The notes under the pieces were generated by a model. The model was not told the DNA's origin and searched no databases. It was given only the letters and a program-made list of their open reading frames with translations. From a virus, in the IMG/VR virus record IMGVR_UViG_3300021964_000018, positions 32,001 to 96,000 of that record: a stretch of DNA of 64,000 bases; one strand, given 5' to 3'. Shown piece by piece: positions 57,683 through 64,000 of this stretch (its first letter is position 1; each line of letters opens with the position of its first letter). The position numbers and the translations under genes were made by a program.

Positions 57683-58710
57683 AAAAAGCACTCGTAACAG
57701 GTGGCTGCGGATTTATCGGTAGTAATCTTACAAAAGAATTAATAAAACAAGGTTGGCAAGTCGATATTGTTGATGACATGTCTAATGGTCATTTAGAGTT
57801 GTTAGGCGGTTTAAAATTTAAAACGCTTCCAAATGCATCTTTTGTTTATCATTTTATGAATCAGATGAAAGGAAAAACACAAAGGGCTAAGAATACTGTG
57901 CTTGTAATTCAAGATGATTTTGCTGCACCAGCGCTTCTTGATTATATTGAAACAAATGCTTACGATGTAATATTTCACCAAGCAGCAGTTCCGAGAGTAA
58001 GTTATTCAGTTGAGTTTCCTTATGAAACTACAATTAATAACATTGCAAAAACTGTATCACTTTTCGATGCTGCTAAAGGTCATGTTAAAAGAATTGTTAA
58101 TGCATCATCTTCATCAGTTTATGGCGGGGCTGATAAATTACCTACTAAGGAAAGTGAAAATCAAAAAAGCCCAAAGTCTCCTTATGCATGGCAAAAAAGT
58201 GCGATTGAAGATTATTCAAAAATCTGTGCCGATTTATATGATTTAGACATTGTAAATTTAAGATATTTTAATGTTTTCGGCCCAGGTCAATATGGTAATA
58301 GTCCTTATTCAACGGCGGTGTCTGCATGGTGTCATGCAATTAAAAATGGATTAGAATGTAGATCTGACGGTGATGGAGAGCAAACCCGCGATATGTGTTA
58401 TATAGACAATATTGTATCAGCTAATATTTTAGCAGCATATGCAACCGGAAAATTTAAAGGTTTGGCATATAATGTTGCATGTGGAGACAGGGTCTCAAAC
58501 AATGAAATTTTAAATTATCTTAAAAACCAGTTTGGAGATCGAGTTAAAGTAAAAAATGCTCCAGAAAGACCAGGTGATGTAAAACATACACAGGCAGATA
58601 TCAGTTGTGCAACACAAGATTTTGGTTATAAACCTCTTGTTCAGTTTTGGGAAGGTTTGGAAAGAACAATCGAGTGGTGGGAAATAAAACCTGACGAATC
58701 AAATAAATAG
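57679..58710 (+). CDS. NDP-sugar 4-epimerase (GalE/WbpP-like extended SDR)
   Basis: VTGGCGFIGS, FHQAA, ASSSSVYG, PKSPYAWQK, LRYFNVFGP, GDGEQTRD, RPGDVKH. Confidence 0.9.
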   Translation: MKKALVTGGCGFIGSNLTKELIKQGWQVDIVDDMSNGHLELLGGLKFKTLPNASFVYHFMNQMKGKTQRAKNTVLVIQDDFAAPALLDYIETNAYDVIFHQAAVPRVSYSVEFPYETTINNIAKTVSLFDAAKGHVKRIVNASSSSVYGGADKLPTKESENQKSPKSPYAWQKSAIEDYSKICADLYDLDIVNLRYFNVFGPGQYGNSPYSTAVSAWCHAIKNGLECRSDGDGEQTRDMCYIDNIVSANILAAYATGKFKGLAYNVACGDRVSNNEILNYLKNQFGDRVKVKNAPERPGDVKHTQADISCATQDFGYKPLVQFWEGLERTIEWWEIKPDESNK

Positions 58711-58736
58711 TAATAGACTTTATCCCGGAGGATTAA

Positions 58737-59579
58737 ATGAAACTTGAACCATCACTTGTTGATTGTGTAATTTATCACGCAAATTGTACAGATGGTTTCG
58801 GTGCTGCATACTCAGCATGGAAGCTTTTAGGAAATCGTGCTGAGTATCATGCATGTGTGCATGGCCAAAAGCCACCTGACGTCAAAGGAAAGAATGTTGT
58901 TATACTTGATTTCTCCTTTGACAATAAAACAACTAAAAAATTAATTGAAAAAGCAGAAAACCTTTTAATTATCGATCATCACAAATCTGCAATGGTTGAA
59001 TTACACGATATCAGCAATACACATTTTGACATGACAAAGTCAGGAGCAATGTTATCATGGGAATGGTTTCACCCAGGAAAAGAGCCACCTAAGTTTATTC
59101 AATATATCATGGATAGAGACTTATGGAAATGGGAATTGCCATACTCGAAAGAATTTTCAGCTGCGTTTGATATGGTACCTTATGAATTTGAAGAATTTGA
59201 AAAGTTTGAAGATGATTCAGTTTTTGATGATGCAGTTAAGCGAGGAAGTTTTATTCTTGCATATTCAAAAACTGTAATTAAAAAAGTTTGTGATAAAGCT
59301 GTGCCTAAAAAATTAGACAATAGTAATGTCATGGTCGTTAACAGTTCTCATTGGATGTCAGAAATTGGTGCAAGATTAGCTCCTGACTGTGATTATGCAC
59401 TTATTTGGTATTATGATCATGCAGTTCAAGAATGTCGGGTAAGCCTTCGCGCATTTCATGATAATGTCGATGTTTCAGAAGTAGCCAAAAAGTTTGGAGG
59501 CGGTGGCCACAAGAAGGCTGCTGGTTTTACGTTAAAAGGAAAAATGGTAATTGATGATATTTTTGACAAGGAAAAATAA
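58737..59579 (+). CDS. DHH/DHHA1 phosphoesterase (nanoRNase-like)
   Basis: YHANCTDG, ILDF, IIDHH, DRDLW, GGGGHKKAAGF. Confidence 0.88.
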   Translation: MKLEPSLVDCVIYHANCTDGFGAAYSAWKLLGNRAEYHACVHGQKPPDVKGKNVVILDFSFDNKTTKKLIEKAENLLIIDHHKSAMVELHDISNTHFDMTKSGAMLSWEWFHPGKEPPKFIQYIMDRDLWKWELPYSKEFSAAFDMVPYEFEEFEKFEDDSVFDDAVKRGSFILAYSKTVIKKVCDKAVPKKLDNSNVMVVNSSHWMSEIGARLAPDCDYALIWYYDHAVQECRVSLRAFHDNVDVSEVAKKFGGGGHKKAAGFTLKGKMVIDDIFDKEK

Positions 59580-60188
59580 ATGTTAACGGCAATGGGCGAC
59601 GTTATGCGAAAAGCACACGAAAAAGGATGGATTACAACAAGAGATGGTAATGTATCTGTTAAAATGACAGGAAAAGATATCCTATATATAACACCTTCTG
59701 GTTGGCGAAAGACAATATTGCATCCTGAACATATTATTAAAGTTAAATTTACCCCTGCAGGTTTAAACGTTCCAGAAGGAACAACACCTTCTGGGGAATT
59801 GCATATGCATTCAAAGCTTCAACGGTTTGCAAAATATACGAGATCGGTTGTTCACCTTCACCCCACAAATATTATTGCAGCAATGTATGCCGGCTGGAAT
59901 TTGCAATCGTTGGCAGCAGAATTTCCTGAGGTATCACGTTATACAAGGGTTGGACCAACTGTTCCAGTTCTTCCTGTCACGTCGAATATACTTGCTGAAG
60001 AAACATTTGAGGCTTTTACTGATTTTGAAGGTACCGGATCTAATAAACTTAAGTTTGATATTGTTGGTCAAAAAAATCATGGAGTTTGTGCAGTAGGCGC
60101 AAATCCATGGGATGCTTATGAACATATTGAAAGGTTAGAACACATTTGTGAAATAGCCTTAAAAAGTGGAAGAAGACCTAATGAATAG
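59580..60188 (+). CDS. Class II aldolase/adducin family (FucA/AraD/MtnB-like)
   Basis: DGNVS, ITPSG, PSGELHMH, VVHLHP, NHGV. Confidence 0.88.
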   Translation: MLTAMGDVMRKAHEKGWITTRDGNVSVKMTGKDILYITPSGWRKTILHPEHIIKVKFTPAGLNVPEGTTPSGELHMHSKLQRFAKYTRSVVHLHPTNIIAAMYAGWNLQSLAAEFPEVSRYTRVGPTVPVLPVTSNILAEETFEAFTDFEGTGSNKLKFDIVGQKNHGVCAVGANPWDAYEHIERLEHICEIALKSGRRPNE

Positions 60189-60591
60189 ACCAGAATGGGA
60201 TGATATATGGATGGGTTTTGCTCAAAGTATTGCTAAGAGATCTTGTGATTCAAAATATCAAGTTGGTGCCGTCGTTGTAAATTCAGAAAACACACAAGTT
60301 CTTTCAATAGGATATAATGGTGATCAAAAAGGTGGGTCAAATCAAAGGGACTCTACTGAAACCGGTCAATCAGGATTTATTCATGCAGAAATCAATGCAT
60401 TAATTAAGATGGACTATAATAACCCATGTAAGAAAAAAATGTATTTGACTCTTTCGCCTTGTGAAGTCTGTGCAAAAGCAATCGTCAATGCAGGAATAAC
60501 AGCAGTCGTTTATTCTAAAGAATATGAGCACGGAAAAAAAGGAATATCTATTTTAAATGATGCAGGAATAGTGGTAAGAAACATTAAATGA
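60181..60591 (+). CDS. dCMP deaminase
   Basis: RPEWD, VGAVVV, GYNG, HAEINAL, PCEVCAK. Confidence 0.92.
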   Translation: MNRPEWDDIWMGFAQSIAKRSCDSKYQVGAVVVNSENTQVLSIGYNGDQKGGSNQRDSTETGQSGFIHAEINALIKMDYNNPCKKKMYLTLSPCEVCAKAIVNAGITAVVYSKEYEHGKKGISILNDAGIVVRNIK

Positions 60592-60619
60592 TGATAATTA
60601 ACTAATATAAGGTTGTGAT

Positions 60620-60886
60620 ATGAGTTATTTAAAAAAACATTTAGAAGAAAATTTGATCAAGATGGGAGGGAAAAAAATAAAAGATTCAATTTCTTTTATT
60701 AAGCCTTCTCTCTTGATTAAACATAAAGAAGCAGGTGTAAAGTATACAATTCAAAAGATATATTTTGATAAAAATCATAACCCTTTTGTTGTGTGTTATC
60801 GATATTATACACCTACAGAAAAATTTCAAAAAAAGGTCTTTGTTGTGTTAGATAAAGACGAGTTTAAAAATTATGAACCGGTATAA
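60620..60886 (+). CDS. Hypothetical protein
   Basis: 88-aa ORF after ATAATTA. Confidence 0.55.
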   Translation: MSYLKKHLEENLIKMGGKKIKDSISFIKPSLLIKHKEAGVKYTIQKIYFDKNHNPFVVCYRYYTPTEKFQKKVFVVLDKDEFKNYEPV

Positions 60887-60888
60887 AT

Positions 60889-61590
60889 ATGGACATGTTA
60901 TTTAATCAAAAGGCAAAGCAAATCATTAAAGATACTCTTAAAACTAGTGAACAAGGATTAAATGAATCTTTTGTTTCGCAGGAAAAGCAATTTGATATCA
61001 ATACAGACTTTCTATCAGAAAAAAATATTAATAATCATAAAGAATTATATAAGAGTTATATTGAAAATTTCAATAAAGTCAGTGCAAAACTAGATTCAGC
61101 AGATAGGTCTAGTGCAGACAAAAATCATTCTGAGTTTCGTTCACTTAAACTTGACGAAACTTTTAATATGAACGGTGCTTATCTTCATGAATTATATTTT
61201 GCCAACATTGCAGATGCTAATTCTCAAATCAATATGGATTCTTTATCTTTTATGCGGATCAATAGAGACTTTGGCTCTTTCGATGCATGGCAAAAAGATT
61301 TGATCGCATGTGGTAAAAGTGCAAGAAATGGATGGGTTATTACATATTTGAACATGTATACACAATCTTATATGAATTGTTTTATTGACCTTCATTCTAA
61401 AAACGTACCGGTTGGAATGTATCCTGTTATTGTAATAGATATGTGGGATCATTCTTATTACAAAGATTATCTTAAAGACTCAAAAACATATTTGATTGCG
61501 ATGATGAAGCAATTAAAATGGAATGTTATTGAAGAAAGAATTAAAAAAGCAGATAAATTATTACAAGTTTTGAGAGGCCATGATGTATAG
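60889..61590 (+). CDS. Fe/Mn superoxide dismutase-like protein
   Basis: H..LY..Y...N, NG..LHELYF, DFGSFDAW, GWV, IDMWDHSYY.DY. Confidence 0.82.
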   Translation: MDMLFNQKAKQIIKDTLKTSEQGLNESFVSQEKQFDINTDFLSEKNINNHKELYKSYIENFNKVSAKLDSADRSSADKNHSEFRSLKLDETFNMNGAYLHELYFANIADANSQINMDSLSFMRINRDFGSFDAWQKDLIACGKSARNGWVITYLNMYTQSYMNCFIDLHSKNVPVGMYPVIVIDMWDHSYYKDYLKDSKTYLIAMMKQLKWNVIEERIKKADKLLQVLRGHDV

Positions 61591-62200
61591 AAAAAGATAT
61601 TTATTCGAACAAGAAGAAAAACCTCGAGGGGCCCCAGAAAAAGATATATATGTAAAGGATACTGAAATCAAGGCAAGGAAATCAAAGCATTCAGTCGACG
61701 ATCAAATTGATGCTTTGATTTTAAGATACGAAGCTAGTTCTTTGCAAGAAAAAGATAAAGAATTAAGTTTAATGGAAAGTTTATCAAAAAGGTCTTTAAA
61801 GTTTTTATTAGAACAAGAAGAAGAAGAAGAAGCCGCTGCTGAAGAAGAACCAGCTGAAGAAGCAGGAACTGAGCCGACAGGATCTGAAGAAATGAAAGCT
61901 TCGAAGCCAGGAAAACAAATTATTCCTGATCTGGATATCGATGCATTTGCTAGTCGAACCGTTCGTTTAATTAATAATCCAGAAGCTTTACTTGATATTA
62001 AAACTGCGATCGTCAATAGAATTAAAAACTTTTTAGATGAAAACTATGGTGATCAATTCGTAACCAGATATCTCAGTATTTTGGAAGAAGAATTTGGAAT
62101 AGAATCAACAGAATTTGATGATCAAGAAATGGAGCAAACTTCTGATGATACATTTGCTGTTGGCGCGAATCCTGCTGGAGCAGGAATGAGTGGAGGATAA
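61580..62200 (+). CDS. Acidic hypothetical protein, possibly head-associated
   Basis: Glu-rich; contains LMESLSKRSLKFLLEQE. Confidence 0.6.
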   Translation: MMYRKRYLFEQEEKPRGAPEKDIYVKDTEIKARKSKHSVDDQIDALILRYEASSLQEKDKELSLMESLSKRSLKFLLEQEEEEEAAAEEEPAEEAGTEPTGSEEMKASKPGKQIIPDLDIDAFASRTVRLINNPEALLDIKTAIVNRIKNFLDENYGDQFVTRYLSILEEEFGIESTEFDDQEMEQTSDDTFAVGANPAGAGMSGG

Positions 62201-62206
62201 GAAAAT

Positions 62207-62485
62207 ATGAAGCTTAAAAAATCACTTCATATTAACATGTCAAAAGACGTGCATTCAGAATTTAAGATTCAATGTATGCGCCGTGATCTTTCAATGCAAG
62301 AAGTAATCGAAGCTTTTGCATCACGTGTAGCAGATGAGTCAAATGATATGATGAGATTGCTCGAGCAAATAAAGAAAGATAAGCAAATTAAAGATGTTAA
62401 GCGTTATACAAAATCTGATGCCGATTCTTTATTTGCCATTTTAGAGTCAAATAACCCGTTTGGAGAAGAAGATGAGCGAGAATGA
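62207..62485 (+). CDS. Ribbon-helix-helix-like DNA-binding protein
   Basis: KKSLHINMSKDVHSEFKIQC...LSMQEVIE. Confidence 0.55.
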   Translation: MKLKKSLHINMSKDVHSEFKIQCMRRDLSMQEVIEAFASRVADESNDMMRLLEQIKKDKQIKDVKRYTKSDADSLFAILESNNPFGEEDERE

Positions 62486-62756
62486 AATAATAAAAGGTAT
62501 TAAAGGCCTTGATGAAGAAAAAAGAAAAGAATTAGGAAAAAAAGTTGTTGATCAACTTTATCTTGATGACAAAGAAAAAGGTATTTTAGATGCGTTGCAA
62601 GAAAAAGCAGTTAGTCGAAAATTACTTGTTTTTATTGTAGCAACATGTTTATTGGTATGGTCAACACTTGACCCGTCTGATTGGTCATTGATTGCTTTAA
62701 TTTACATTGGTGGACAATCTGCAGTTGATATTGCCAAAGTTTGGAAAGGATTATAA
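62472..62756 (+). CDS. Holin-like two-TM membrane protein
   Basis: SRKLLVFIVATCLLVW...WSLIALIYIGGQSAVD. Confidence 0.55.
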   Translation: MSENEIIKGIKGLDEEKRKELGKKVVDQLYLDDKEKGILDALQEKAVSRKLLVFIVATCLLVWSTLDPSDWSLIALIYIGGQSAVDIAKVWKGL

Positions 62757-62757
62757 A

Positions 62758-63096
62758 ATGAAATTGAATAGAAGAGAATTAAGAAAATTAATTCACGAAT
62801 CGATTAATGAAGCAATGTCGCATGAAAGAAATTTTAGAAAAGCGCAACTTGCTCATGATAATATGCAACAGCCTGATTTTTATGAAGGTGATCCATCAAG
62901 TTTTTATGCCTCGGATGAAGAAATATTTGATTTCGCTGTTGAAAATTTAATTGATTTACTAATTGATCGTGCAGTTGATGAAGGTATTTTAACTGATGAA
63001 CAAGTTGAAAACATGTCCGATGAAGAATTAATTCCAATATTAAGACAGAATTTTAAAAGTGATCTTTATAAAGATGAATATGATCAGTATAATTAA
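62758..63096 (+). CDS. Small acidic protein, putative internal head protein
   Basis: MKLNRRELRKLIHESINE. Confidence 0.6.
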   Translation: MKLNRRELRKLIHESINEAMSHERNFRKAQLAHDNMQQPDFYEGDPSSFYASDEEIFDFAVENLIDLLIDRAVDEGILTDEQVENMSDEELIPILRQNFKSDLYKDEYDQYN

Positions 63097-63124
63097 TATA
63101 TATAAAAATTAACAGGAGTAAAAA

Positions 63125-63502
63125 ATGAAAATTACAAGAAAACAATTAAGAAGCTTAATCATGGAAGCAGCTGCTGACGTCGAACAAGGTGTGCGAGACT
63201 ATTTGTCTAGACCAGGGCGAGGAGATCAAGCACATTATAATCCATACCGGGATCCCAATACTGGCCGAGCAAGAGGATTCGGGACAGCAGCAGATTATGA
63301 TTTAACTGGCGAAGAAATAAGAGATCATGCTTTTGGAATGGATTCAGATATGTACGGTGAAGAAGATATTGAACGTGATCAATTTGATTCCGAAGTTCAG
63401 GCAGCATTAGATAAGCTTGTTGATGAAGGAATCTTAGAATTAACTTATGATGGTTATATCATGCTCGACCCGAAGCCTTTAAACAATAAAGGAATTTCTT
63501 AA
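63125..63502 (+). CDS. Small acidic protein, putative internal head protein
   Basis: AGGAG RBS; MKITRKQLRSLIMEA. Confidence 0.65.
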   Translation: MKITRKQLRSLIMEAAADVEQGVRDYLSRPGRGDQAHYNPYRDPNTGRARGFGTAADYDLTGEEIRDHAFGMDSDMYGEEDIERDQFDSEVQAALDKLVDEGILELTYDGYIMLDPKPLNNKGIS

Positions 63503-63874
63503 ATGTTTTTCTTAAGAAAAGCTTGGGATTGGTGTGTTAAACACTGGAAGCTTTTATTGGTTTCCGTTGGTGGTTTTATAGCTTTTCTTATAGGGTATCA
63601 GCGTGCATCAAGAAATACACGGCGTGTTAAATTAGAATTAGACCTGACAAATAAAGACAAAGATCTTCTTGAAGAAAACAATGAAGCATTTCATAATGCG
63701 ACAATTAAACAGATTAAAGAATACGAAGTTGCAAAAGAAGATCTTCATCAAAAGAATATTAAGTCTTTGGCAGATATCGAGTTAAAAAAAGAAGAAGATA
63801 AAAAAGATATCCTAAATTCTGATGAAAAACTTGATAAAATACTTAAAGACAAATGGGGCTTAAAAAAAGAATAG
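63503..63874 (+). CDS. Single-TM coiled-coil protein (i-spanin-like)
   Basis: N-terminal TM helix followed by a charged coiled coil. Confidence 0.5.
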   Translation: MFFLRKAWDWCVKHWKLLLVSVGGFIAFLIGYQRASRNTRRVKLELDLTNKDKDLLEENNEAFHNATIKQIKEYEVAKEDLHQKNIKSLADIELKKEEDKKDILNSDEKLDKILKDKWGLKKE

Positions 63875-63890
63875 CCCGAGGAGAAACACA

Positions 63891-64000
63891 GTGTTAATGT
63901 TATTATTGGGCCTATTAAAACCATTGCAAGCTGAAGAAAAGTATACAGAATTAAAACAGGGAGAACCGGCGCCATATGCCGGTATTTTATTGACAAAAGA
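63891..64000 (+). CDS. Secreted protein, 3'-truncated (spanin-partner-like)
   Basis: GAGGAG RBS, GTG start, VLMLLLGLLKPLQA signal-like segment, then GEPAPYAGILL. Confidence 0.45.
   Translation, partial: MLMLLLGLLKPLQAEEKYTELKQGEPAPYAGILLTK

Noticed and set aside
1-64000. Minus-strand and nested short ORFs in the six-frame track
   Set aside because: They lie within or overlap well-supported + strand genes and show no recognisable motifs; they are shadow ORFs.
1-64000. Stop-codon reassignment as in some jumbo phages
   Set aside because: Known genes are full length in the standard code, and TAG and TGA end genes at expected C-termini (sheath 1, dCMP deaminase).

Overview
AT-rich window with essentially every gene on the + strand, consistent with a large lytic myovirus (jumbo-phage-like) genome in the standard genetic code. 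Layout: 1-18.8 kb contractile-tail module (tail-completion protein, two tandem sheaths, tube, gp26-like chaperone with a probable +1/-2 frameshift, tape measure, baseplate). 18.8-29.5 kb replication/recombination (stand-alone PolA domain, gp32-like SSB, RecA, 5'-3' exonuclease, DnaB-like helicase, class II RNR). 29.5-31.6 kb ClpP, Dps-like protein and amidase. 31.7-41.4 kb repeat-rich fibre/virion proteins. 42.7-60.6 kb DNA repair plus a nucleotide/sugar-metabolism cluster around DnaE. 60.6-64 kb SOD-like protein, putative head proteins and lysis-like genes. The best candidate for an undescribed system is a pyrimidine, probably cytosine, (hyper)modification pathway. It includes a dNMP kinase fused to a minimal thymidylate-synthase-fold domain with the dCMP-type Asp, a ThyX with a rewired active site, two all-alpha NTP pyrophosphatases, an N-glycosidase, two NDP-sugar SDRs, a methyltransferase, a class II aldolase, dUTPase and dCMP deaminase. 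Other highlights: a CglF-like gliding-motility gene, a 7x7-nt putative operator before SSB, a TGTAAA-N16-TAWAAT promoter family, and dispersed genes sharing a putative capsid-targeting motif. All calls come from motifs recognised by eye; no searches were run.
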